Assembly: GCA_044223005.1 (NCBI GenBank)
Contig: JBGAML010000001.1
Span: forward strand, 288,001-352,000
DNA length: 64,000 bases
Direction of reading: 5' to 3'
From: Candidatus Eiseniibacteriota bacterium
Lineage (GTDB): Bacteria > Eisenbacteria > RBG-16-71-46
Part shown: positions 48,322 to 56,826 of the stretch, piece by piece
Numbering within the stretch: the first letter of the stretch is position 1
Layout of the letters: every line of letters begins with the position of its first letter
Position numbers and translations under genes: made by a program
Notes under the pieces: generated by a model
What the model was told of the DNA's origin: nothing
The model's database searches: none
The model's input: the letters and a program-made list of their open reading frames with translations, nothing else

Positions 48322-51300
48322 TCAGGCGGGCGATACGGCCGGAGCCGGTGTGGGCTCGGCCGCGGGCGAGTCCTTGCCGGCGAGCAGCACGACCATGACG
48401 GGCGTGACGACGCCGGCGAGCAGCGTGGAGCTGAGCAGCCCGCCGATGATCACCATGGCGAGCGGCGAGTAGAGCGACGAGTTCTGCAGCGCGAGCGGCA
48501 GCAGGCCGCCGATCGCGGTGAGCGTGGTGAGCAGGATGGGCAGGAACCGAGTGCGCCCGGCCCGCTCGACGGCCTCGCGCAGCGGCACCCCCTCGCGCCG
48601 CAGCTGTTCGGCGAAGTCCACGAGCAGGATGCTGTTCTTGATCACGATCCCGACCAGCGCGATGAAGCCGATCATGGCGGTGAACGAGAGCGTGTAGCCG
48701 CACAGGAAGAGCGCGAACAGGCCGCCGACCACGCCGAGCGGGATCACCGACGCCACGATCAGCGTGCTGCGGAAGCTGCCGAACTCGAGGATCAGGATCG
48801 CGAACACGATGAACACCGTGAACACGATCGCCGAGCCGAGCCCGCCGAAGCTCTCTTCGCGGCTCTCGATCTCCCCCGCCGGGATCACGCGGTAGCCGCG
48901 CGGCAACGGCTCGCGCGCGACCGTGGCCAGCACTTCGCGGGTGACGCGGTCGGTGTTGTAGCCCGTGCGCACGTTGGACGTGAGCGTCACGGCGCGCTGG
49001 CGGCCCCAGTGCTGGATCGTCGGGATGCTGGACTCGAGCCGCACGTCCGCGACCTGGCGCAGCGGCACGGCGGCGCCGGTCACCGCCGGGACCTCGAGCC
49101 GGTCGAGCACTTCGAGCGAGGGCGCGCCGTCGAGGCTCGCGGGTCCGTGCGCGGCGACGCCCTGCACGGGCAGCCGCACGCGGATCGCGTAGTCCTGGCC
49201 GTCGGCCTCGCGCACCGAGCCGGCCTCGGCGCCAGCCAGCGCGAGCCGCACCATGCGGTCGATCGCCACGGTCGGCACGCCGAGCAGGCCGGCCTTGCGC
49301 GTGTCGACCCGCACGCGCACGTCGGTGGTGCGCGACTGCAGCGGGTTCACGACGTTCCACGTACCGGGCGTGCGCTCGAGCGTGTGCTGCAGCCGCGCCG
49401 CGAGCACGCGCAGCGTGTCGAGGTCGTCACCGGCGATGCGCAGTGCGATCGGCGCGTCGATCGGCGGGCCGTTCTCGAACGCCTTGAGCTCGATGCGCGC
49501 GCCGGCGTAGCGGTCGAACGTCGTCTGCAGCGAGTCGTAGAGCGCCGGCGTGCGATGCGAGTCGTAGCGCTTCAGGAGCACGAACAGCTCGCCCAGGTTC
49601 GAGCGCTCGTCCTGCGACTGCACGTTGTAGTAGACGGACGGGTTGCCGTGGCCGACGTTGGCGAGCACGTCGCGCACCTCGGACCGCCCGCGCAGGACGC
49701 CCTCGACCCAGCGCACCGCGCGATCGGTCTCGGCGAGGCTCGCGCCCTGCGGCGCGGTGACGCGCACGAGGAACTGCGGCGTGTCGGCCTTGGGGAACAG
49801 GCTGAAGCCGATGCGCGGCACGAGCGCGACGCTGATCGCGACCAGCACCGCGGCGATCGCGAGCGTGTGCCACGGGTGGTCCAGCGACCAGCGCAGCCGG
49901 CGGCCGTAGCCGTGGTCGATGAAGCGGTTCACGGCCTGCAGGACGCGGTTGCCCTCGGGGTTCTCGGTGCGCGAGAGCAGACGCGACGCGAGGAACGGCA
50001 CCAGCGTGAGCGACACGACGAGCGAGGCGAGGATCGTGTACGCGACCGCGGCGGGCAGGCTGCGGATGTACTTCCCGGGCGAGCCGGGCAGCAGGAACAT
50101 GGGGATGAACGCGGCGACGAGCGTCGCGGTGCATCCCACGACGGCCACGGCGATCTGCCGCGTCGCGACGACGGCGGCGCTCTCGCGCGGCTCGCCCGCG
50201 CGCAGGTGCCGGGCGATGTTCTCGACCACGACGATCGAGTCGTCCACCAGCAGCCCGAGCGCGATCACGAATCCGACGATGCTCAGCTGGTTGATGCTGA
50301 AGCCGGTCACCTGCAGCAGCGCGACGCCGATCGCGAGGCAGAGCGGGATCGAGATCATCACCACCAGCGACGCACGCGTGCCGAGCGGCAGCAGCGTCAC
50401 CAGCACGAGCAGGATCGCGATCAGGAAGTCCTCGGCGAGCCGGTCGAGGCGGTGCTTCACGTTCTCGGCCTGATCGAACGGGCGCTGCATGGTCATGCCC
50501 GCGGGCAGCGTGGGCTCGAACTCGTCGAGCGCCTTCCACGTGGCGGCACGCACGTCGTCGATCCGGCCGCCTGATTTCATCTCGGCGGTCACGAACACGG
50601 CGCGGTGGCCGTTCCAGCGCCCGATGTGACGCAGGTCGGCGTGCGACCAGTGGACGTCGGCCACGTCGGCGAGCCGCACCACGGCGCGGCCGTTGCCGCC
50701 CACGACGGTGTTCCGCACCGCGTCCACGTCGTGGTAGCCGCCGCTCGTCTTGACGCTGAACGCACGCGCGCCCGCGGCGGCGGCGCCGCCGGGGATCACG
50801 GCGCCGTCGCTGCGGATCGCGTCGATCACCTGCGTCGGCGGCAGGTGCAGCGCCGCCAGGCGCGCCGGGTCGAACTGCACGCTGACCTCGCGCGCGGGGT
50901 ACGCCCAACGCTCGGCGGAGCGCAGGCCGGGCACGCGCTCGAGCCGGTCCTTGAGCTGGCGCGCGCGCGCCTCCAGCTCGGACAGGGGCAGCGCATCCGA
51001 GACCAGCGCGACCTGCACGATATTCACGTTCGCGAGGTCCCACTTGTGCACGTCGAGCCGGTAGAGGTCCTGCGGCAGCTGCGGCCGCATGGCGTTCACC
51101 TCGCGCACCACCTCGTCGTACTTCTTCTCCGGGTCGGCGGCGGTCTCGAACTCGACCGTGATCACGGCGAGCCCGTCCTCGATCGAGGACTTGAGCGACT
51201 TGAGCTTGTCGAGCGAGTTGAAGCGGCCCTCCAGCTTGTCGACGACCAGCTGTTCCATGTCGGCGGGTGTCGCGCCCGGGTACACGGCCACGACCGTGTA

Positions 51301-51432
51301 GGTCGGGATCGGGAACACCGGGTCCTCGGCGAGCGGGATCGTGCGCAGCGCCGTGAGCCCGAGCGCCGCGGCCATCAGGAAGAGGACGATCGTGAGCTGC
51401 GGTCGGCGGACGGCGTATTCGGCGAGCTTCAT
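48322..51432 (-). CDS. RND efflux permease (AcrB/CzcA family)
   Basis: GLLVDDSIVVVENI; GIVIKNSILLVDF; RFLPILLTTLT. Confidence 0.95.
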   Translation of the reverse strand: MKLAEYAVRRPQLTIVLFLMAAALGLTALRTIPLAEDPVFPIPTYTVVAVYPGATPADMEQLVVDKLEGRFNSLDKLKSLKSSIEDGLAVITVEFETAADPEKKYDEVVREVNAMRPQLPQDLYRLDVHKWDLANVNIVQVALVSDALPLSELEARARQLKDRLERVPGLRSAERWAYPAREVSVQFDPARLAALHLPPTQVIDAIRSDGAVIPGGAAAAGARAFSVKTSGGYHDVDAVRNTVVGGNGRAVVRLADVADVHWSHADLRHIGRWNGHRAVFVTAEMKSGGRIDDVRAATWKALDEFEPTLPAGMTMQRPFDQAENVKHRLDRLAEDFLIAILLVLVTLLPLGTRASLVVMISIPLCLAIGVALLQVTGFSINQLSIVGFVIALGLLVDDSIVVVENIARHLRAGEPRESAAVVATRQIAVAVVGCTATLVAAFIPMFLLPGSPGKYIRSLPAAVAYTILASLVVSLTLVPFLASRLLSRTENPEGNRVLQAVNRFIDHGYGRRLRWSLDHPWHTLAIAAVLVAISVALVPRIGFSLFPKADTPQFLVRVTAPQGASLAETDRAVRWVEGVLRGRSEVRDVLANVGHGNPSVYYNVQSQDERSNLGELFVLLKRYDSHRTPALYDSLQTTFDRYAGARIELKAFENGPPIDAPIALRIAGDDLDTLRVLAARLQHTLERTPGTWNVVNPLQSRTTDVRVRVDTRKAGLLGVPTVAIDRMVRLALAGAEAGSVREADGQDYAIRVRLPVQGVAAHGPASLDGAPSLEVLDRLEVPAVTGAAVPLRQVADVRLESSIPTIQHWGRQRAVTLTSNVRTGYNTDRVTREVLATVAREPLPRGYRVIPAGEIESREESFGGLGSAIVFTVFIVFAILILEFGSFRSTLIVASVIPLGVVGGLFALFLCGYTLSFTAMIGFIALVGIVIKNSILLVDFAEQLRREGVPLREAVERAGRTRFLPILLTTLTAIGGLLPLALQNSSLYSPLAMVIIGGLLSSTLLAGVVTPVMVVLLAGKDSPAAEPTPAPAVSPA

Positions 51433-52499
51433 CGCGCCCCCTCCCGCGGCCGCACGTCCTCGGTCAGGAACGCGGCGCCTTCGACCACGATCCGCGACAC
51501 GCCCTCGAGTCCGGCGGTCACCGCGGCGCGGTCGCCGTCCAGGAACGCGATCGTCACGCGGTGGCGCACGGGCACTCCCGCGGCCGAGAGCGACCACACG
51601 GTCGCGTGGTCGTCGTCACCCTCGACCAGCGCGGCGAGCGGCACCCACGCGACGGGCGTGGTGCGCGAGGGCGCGAGCGTGACGTTCGCCGCCAGGCCGG
51701 ACGCGAGCGCGCCGCCCTCGGCGACGCGCACGGGCGCGTCGAGCGCGAGCTCGACCTCGTACGTCCCCGCACCGGGCGCGGCCGCAGCGCCGATGCGCGT
51801 GACGGTGCCGCGCCACGCGCGGCCGGGAAACGCGTCGAACGTCACCGTAGCCGCGTCGCCCACCTGCACGCGCACGACGTCGCGGTCGGGCAGGCCGGCA
51901 CGCACCACCTGGCCGCTGCCCGCGGAGCTGTAGACGAGCACCGGCATGCCGGGGCCCACGGTCTGGCCGGGCTCGGCGAGCCGCCGCAACACCGTGCCGG
52001 CGCCGGGCGCGACGAGCGCGGCGGTGCCGGCGTTGAAGCGCGCAGCGCGCAGGTCGCTGGCGGCGACGTCGCGTGCGGTCTGCGCGTTCTCGTAGAGCTC
52101 GCGCGTGATCACGCTGTCGGCGAACAGCGCCTGCGCGCGCGCGAGGTCGCGGTCGGCCTTCGCGAGGCCGGCCTGCGCCTTCTCGACGTACGCGCCGATC
52201 TCGGGCATCTCGAGCGCGGCCATGCGCTGGCCCGCGCGCACGGCGTCACCGGCCTCCACGTCGATGCGGGCGATCACGCCGCCCACCTTGAACGCGAGCG
52301 GCACCTCTTCCTTGCCCGCGAGCACGCCGGTCGCGAGCACGGGGCGCGCGACGCGGCCGGTGTCGGGCACGGCGGTCCGCACCGCGACCTCGCGCGGTCC
52401 GGAGGCGCCGGCGTGCGAACGCGAGCATCCGGCCGCGGCCGCAGCGAGCGAGACGACCAGCACGAGCATCGGGACCGGGCGAAGCGTTGCGGCGTTCAT
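51429..52499 (-). CDS. RND periplasmic adaptor subunit
   Basis: Lipobox AAGC; LAFKVGGVIARIDVEAGDAV; APGAGTV. Confidence 0.92.
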   Translation of the reverse strand: MNAATLRPVPMLVLVVSLAAAAAGCSRSHAGASGPREVAVRTAVPDTGRVARPVLATGVLAGKEEVPLAFKVGGVIARIDVEAGDAVRAGQRMAALEMPEIGAYVEKAQAGLAKADRDLARAQALFADSVITRELYENAQTARDVAASDLRAARFNAGTAALVAPGAGTVLRRLAEPGQTVGPGMPVLVYSSAGSGQVVRAGLPDRDVVRVQVGDAATVTFDAFPGRAWRGTVTRIGAAAAPGAGTYEVELALDAPVRVAEGGALASGLAANVTLAPSRTTPVAWVPLAALVEGDDDHATVWSLSAAGVPVRHRVTIAFLDGDRAAVTAGLEGVSRIVVEGAAFLTEDVRPREGAR

Positions 52500-53875
52500 C
52501 ACAGACCTCCCGCGAGGCGCGACCGGTCGGGGTAGCGCGCGGCGGCCCGGTCCACGTCCGCACAGCGCTGCAGGTACTCGTAGGTGGTGAGGATGTCGTT
52601 GAGGCCGGCGCTGGTGAGCGTCGTGCGTGCGTCGAGCACCTCGAGCAGCGTGGCGCTGTCGTTGGCGCGCCGGCGCTCGACCATCTCCCACGCCCGGCGC
52701 GCGGCCACGAGGCGGTCGCGCGCGGTGTCGAGCGCGAGACGCGCGACCTGCGCCGACTGCCAGCTCGTGCGCACGTCGAGTTCGACGAGCGCCTCGGCGT
52801 CGGTGGCGCGCGTGCGGGCGACCGCGAGCGTCGCGGCGGCGGCGTGTCGCTGCGCCTCGCGCTGGCCGCCGTCGAAGATCGGCCACTGCACGACGAGCGA
52901 CGCGACGCGGAAGTCCGAGCCGTCGCCGCGCTTCACGTGCTCGCCCTGCACGCCCCAGTCGACGGCGGCGGCGAGCGACGGCAGGTAGCGCGCGGTCGCG
53001 AGCGAGACGGCGCCGCCGGCGGCGCGCACGCCGCCGCGCGCCTGCGCGAGCTCCTCGCGGCGCGCGCGGGCCAGGGCGAGGGCCGAGTCGAGCGCGGGCG
53101 GCGGCGCGATGCCGAGCTGGTCGTCGGGCAACAGCGCCAGCGGCGCGTCCACGGCGCGGCCGAGCCGCAGGTTGAACGACTGGCGCGCGGCGTCGGCGAG
53201 CCGGTACGCGTCGTCGCGACGCTGCAGGATCTCGGAGCGGTCGGCGCGCGCGCGCAGTACTTCGTCCGGCGTGGCCTTGCCGTGCGCGAGCAGCGATTCC
53301 TGCACGCGCACCACTTCGTCGACCAGCACCATGGTGCTGTCGAAGAGCTGCGAGAGCCGCACGGCGCGGGCGTAGTCGAGGTAGCCGGTGCGCAGCTCGG
53401 CGGCGGTGCGGCGCGTGGCCACGGCGGCGCCGGCGCGCTGGGCATCGCGCAGCCCGGCGTGGATGCGCCAGTTCGCCGCGAGCCGCGCGTCGAGCAGCGG
53501 CTGCGTCACGCGCAGCGTCGCCTCCTCGCGCGTGGGCAGCACGAGGTCGAGGTCGGTCGGGAACGCGGTGGTGTGCAGGACCTGGTCGAGTGCGCCGTAA
53601 ACCGGGTTCAGCATCTTGCCGAGGTCGAGCACGTTGCCGGTGCGGTCGGAGAGCCGGCCGCTGGCGGCCACCGACGGCAGGAAGAGGCCGGTCGCCTCGG
53701 CCAGCCCGGCCTGTTCGCGCTCGAGCGCCAGCCGCTCGACCCGCAGGCTGCGGTTGGCGGCCAGGCCCTCCTCCACGAGGGCGTCCAGGCCGCCGGCCGC
53801 GCGGACCGGCGCGGCGGCGAGCAGGCCGGCCGCCAGCAGGGCCGCCGTGGGCGCGAGATTCGGGAATCGCATCAC
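52499..53875 (-). CDS. TolC family outer-membrane efflux protein
   Basis: FLPS/YLPS repeats, WPIFDGG, TLLEVLDA. Confidence 0.92.
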   Translation of the reverse strand: MMRFPNLAPTAALLAAGLLAAAPVRAAGGLDALVEEGLAANRSLRVERLALEREQAGLAEATGLFLPSVAASGRLSDRTGNVLDLGKMLNPVYGALDQVLHTTAFPTDLDLVLPTREEATLRVTQPLLDARLAANWRIHAGLRDAQRAGAAVATRRTAAELRTGYLDYARAVRLSQLFDSTMVLVDEVVRVQESLLAHGKATPDEVLRARADRSEILQRRDDAYRLADAARQSFNLRLGRAVDAPLALLPDDQLGIAPPPALDSALALARARREELAQARGGVRAAGGAVSLATARYLPSLAAAVDWGVQGEHVKRGDGSDFRVASLVVQWPIFDGGQREAQRHAAAATLAVARTRATDAEALVELDVRTSWQSAQVARLALDTARDRLVAARRAWEMVERRRANDSATLLEVLDARTTLTSAGLNDILTTYEYLQRCADVDRAAARYPDRSRLAGGL

Positions 53876-53947
53876 GTCCTCACCTCCGGGAGCGTTCCGC
53901 CGGCGGGGGCGCCGGCCGAGTGGAGCATCTACTCAAGTTCTATCGGC

Positions 53948-53993
53948 AGTATTGGAGCAAACATTCCACTTGTCAATAGTGGAATTTTGGCTC
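53948..53993 (-). promoter_or_regulatory. Sigma-70 promoter of the efflux operon overlapped by a TetR operator
   Basis: Minus strand TTGACA(53976-53971)-N17-AATACT; flanking inverted repeat GAGCAAACATTCCACT-N7-AGTGGAATTTTGGCTC (14/16). Confidence 0.65.
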
Positions 53994-54049
53994 AAATTCG
54001 GCGACGAACGGAACGCGAGGATTTCCCGTCATTTGCGGAGGTGTGATTC

Positions 54050-54751
54050 ATGAGCCCGGGAACGAAGTCCGGACGGCCCGCGGGCCGCAAGAGCGCCCCG
54101 GCGCGCCCGGCGGGCGCCGCCACACGGCGCCCGGTGCCGCAGCAGGACCGCGGCCGCAAGCGCGTCGAGGAGATCCTCGACGCCGCCGAGCAGGTGATCG
54201 CGGAGGTCGGCGTGCCCGCCATGACGACGAACGCCGTCGCCGAGCGCGCGGGGGCCGGCATGGGGTCGCTCTACCGCTTCTTCGAGAACAAGGACGCCAT
54301 CGTCGACGCCCTCGCGCAGCGCTACATGACGCGCATGGAAGGGCTCACCGCGTACGCGGCGCATCCCGAGCTGGGCCGGCTGTCGCTCGCCGACCTCACC
54401 GACGCGATCGTCGACCCGCTCGTCGAGTTCTTCCGCCGCACGCCGGCGTACGTGCACGTGTTCCACGCCGTGAACCAGCCGGGCGCGCAGAATCCCGGTT
54501 GCGCGGCGCTGCGCGAACTCGTGGTGAAGAACGTCGAGGCGCTCATGCTCGCGCGCGCGCCGCAGGCCGACGCCCGCGCGATCCACCCGCGCGCCAAGAT
54601 CGCGGTGGAACTGGTGCACACGCTGCTGGCGACGGCGTTCGAGGAGCCGCCGGCGCAGCGGCGCGCGATCATCGACGAGACCAAGCGGCTGCTGGCGCTC
54701 TACTCCGAGATGATCCAGGGCAACGACGACCCGCTCGTGCGCCTGCGCTGA
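54050..54751 (+). CDS. TetR/AcrR family regulator
   Basis: PQQDRGRKRVEEILDAA; TTNAVAERAGAGMGSLYRFFENK. Confidence 0.95.
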   Translation: MSPGTKSGRPAGRKSAPARPAGAATRRPVPQQDRGRKRVEEILDAAEQVIAEVGVPAMTTNAVAERAGAGMGSLYRFFENKDAIVDALAQRYMTRMEGLTAYAAHPELGRLSLADLTDAIVDPLVEFFRRTPAYVHVFHAVNQPGAQNPGCAALRELVVKNVEALMLARAPQADARAIHPRAKIAVELVHTLLATAFEEPPAQRRAIIDETKRLLALYSEMIQGNDDPLVRLR

Positions 54752-54791
54752 ACCCCGGCGGCGTTCCGCCCGCCGTCGCGCCGCGAGTGCG

Positions 54792-55343
54792 TCAGGTGCG
54801 CTTGCGCCGCCAGCGGGCCCGCACCGCGTTGCCCGCGAACGCGCCGCACTCCACGAGCTCGAACGGCGGCGCGTCGATCGGCCGCTCGCCGAACAGCGCC
54901 GGGCCCGCACCCAGCACCATGGGCGCGATCGTCACCTCGATCTCGTCCACGCGCCCCAGCGCGAGCAGCTGCCCGGCGATGTCACCGCCGCCGCAGAGCC
55001 ACGCGCGCGTCACGCCCGCGGCCTCCATTTCGCGCAGCATGACGCCCAAATCGCCCTCGATGCGCCGCATCGGTGCGGCCGTCTTCCCCACCGCGTCGAG
55101 CAGCGCCGCGTCGTGCGTCACCACCCACGTCGGCAGGTCGCCGTGCGGCCAGCCGTGGTCTTCCTGCAGCAGCCAGCGCAGCGTGCCGCCGCCCAGGATC
55201 GCGCCGTCGACCGAGGCGAGGAACTTCGGGAACGCGGCCAGGGCCTCGTCGCGATTCGCGATCGACTCGAGGAACGACAGGTCGTCGCCGTTGCCGGCGA
55301 TGCGGCCGTCCATCGACATCGCGGTGTACCAGACGATCTCCAC
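54792..55343 (-). CDS. Dihydrofolate reductase/RibD C-terminal family protein
   Basis: YTAMSMDGRIA; WLCGGG; VDEIEVTIAPMVLGAGPALF; GAGGAGG RBS + GTG. Confidence 0.9.
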   Translation of the reverse strand: MEIVWYTAMSMDGRIAGNGDDLSFLESIANRDEALAAFPKFLASVDGAILGGGTLRWLLQEDHGWPHGDLPTWVVTHDAALLDAVGKTAAPMRRIEGDLGVMLREMEAAGVTRAWLCGGGDIAGQLLALGRVDEIEVTIAPMVLGAGPALFGERPIDAPPFELVECGAFAGNAVRARWRRKRT

Positions 55344-55414
55344 GGCTCGTTCCTCCTCGATTCGCGAAACGCCGGCGGGCCGGGCGTCGCCGCCCGGCCC
55401 GCTCGGGATGCACG

Positions 55415-55891
55415 CTACATCACCAGCGTGCCGGTGCGCAGCAGGTACGCGAGCCGTCCGCGCTGCTCGGCGTCCAGTCGCGCATGCATGCGCGCGAGCG
55501 AGTCGCCGATGCGGGCCTGCAGCCGTTCGCTGCTCTTCGCCCGCAGCGTCGCCGCCTCGGCCGCTTTCGCGGCGTCGAACGGGTCGGACTGCACGGCCTC
55601 GGCCAGCAGCGTGAGCGCGCGCCGGTCGTCGACCGCCGACTGCGCGCGTTCGGTCTTCAGCTCGTTGATGATCGCGGCGAACTCGGCGAGCTGCGGCTCG
55701 TCGAGCCCGAGCTTCCACGCGAGGAACCGCAGCGGACGGCGCACGCCGAATCCTCCGGCGAACTCGTCCCCGCTCCAGTGGTGGTGCTCGGTGGCGTCGA
55801 AGGCCTCGCGGCGGGGTCCGCAGCCGCAGTGTCCGTGCTGGCCTTCGTGCGGGTGGCCGGCGAAGCCGGCATGACGGGAATGGCAACCCAT
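55415..55891 (-). CDS. Spy/CpxP-like helical protein with His/Cys-rich N-terminus
   Basis: LGLDEPQ and LDAEQR (LTxxQ-like) motifs; GAGGAG RBS. Confidence 0.75.
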   Translation of the reverse strand: MGCHSRHAGFAGHPHEGQHGHCGCGPRREAFDATEHHHWSGDEFAGGFGVRRPLRFLAWKLGLDEPQLAEFAAIINELKTERAQSAVDDRRALTLLAEAVQSDPFDAAKAAEAATLRAKSSERLQARIGDSLARMHARLDAEQRGRLAYLLRTGTLVM

Positions 55892-56081
55892 GACGGGTCT
55901 CCTCCTCGCGCCGGGGCGGATCGCTCCCGGCGGGGTACACGGCGCGGGCACCATGCCTCGCGCCGGGGATTCGGATGCTCCGCCCGGCCCGGCGGATCCG
56001 CAAAGCCGTCGTCACTCCCTGGCGAGTGGTGCCCGTGCCGCCTTCCCGCGCGCGCGCCGCTCCACTAGTCTCGGCGCGCCC

Positions 56082-56822
56082 ATGACCACCTCCGCTCCAC
56101 CGTTCGCACCTCCGCCGGTCGAGGAGATCGAGCGCCGCCTCAAATGGCGCGTGCTGCCGACGCTGCTGTTCGTCGCGTTGCTCACGACGCTGCTGGTGAT
56201 CGCGCTGGTCTCGCTGCTCGTGCGCCCGCGCCACCCGAAGGGCCTGCCGGACGATGCCGGCGCGCGCGCCGCGGCGGCCGCGCTGGCCGGCCGCGTTCCG
56301 GTGACGACGAACGCGCTGCGCTGGTCCGCATCGATCCTCGGCGGCGAACCGCCCGCGCGCGGGCGCGACGCCGCGGCGGTCGTGGCGGTGGCGCGCGTGC
56401 GGCCGCAGGTGGAGGCGGCGCATCGCCGGCACGCGGGCGATCCGCGCTCGCTCGCGGCACTCGCGGCGCTCGACCTGGTCGCGCACGACTACGCGCGCGC
56501 GGCGCAACGCTACCGGCGTGCGTGCGAGATGGCGCCGCACTACTCCGAGGCGCGCCTCGGCGCCGGCGTCGCGCTCGCGCTCGAGGCGGATCGCACCGCG
56601 GCACCGTGGCAGTCGCGCGCGCTGCGGCTGCAGGCGATCGCCGAGTTCGCCATGGTCGACGCCACCGAGCGCGAGTACCCGCTCGCGCTCTACGACCGCG
56701 CCCGCGTGCTCGCCGACGTGGGCCGCTTCGGCGAGGCGAACGTCTACGCCGCCCGCTACTGGGAGCGAGACCCGCGCAGCCCGTACGCCCAAGCCCTGCG
56801 CGCCCTACTCGCCTCGCGCTGA
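56082..56822 (+). CDS. Membrane-anchored TPR-like protein
   Basis: Single TM LPTLLFVALLTTLLVIALVSLLV; TPR-like EARLGAG and ALYDRA. Confidence 0.7.
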   Translation: MTTSAPPFAPPPVEEIERRLKWRVLPTLLFVALLTTLLVIALVSLLVRPRHPKGLPDDAGARAAAAALAGRVPVTTNALRWSASILGGEPPARGRDAAAVVAVARVRPQVEAAHRRHAGDPRSLAALAALDLVAHDYARAAQRYRRACEMAPHYSEARLGAGVALALEADRTAAPWQSRALRLQAIAEFAMVDATEREYPLALYDRARVLADVGRFGEANVYAARYWERDPRSPYAQALRALLASR

Positions 56823-56826
56823 ACCC

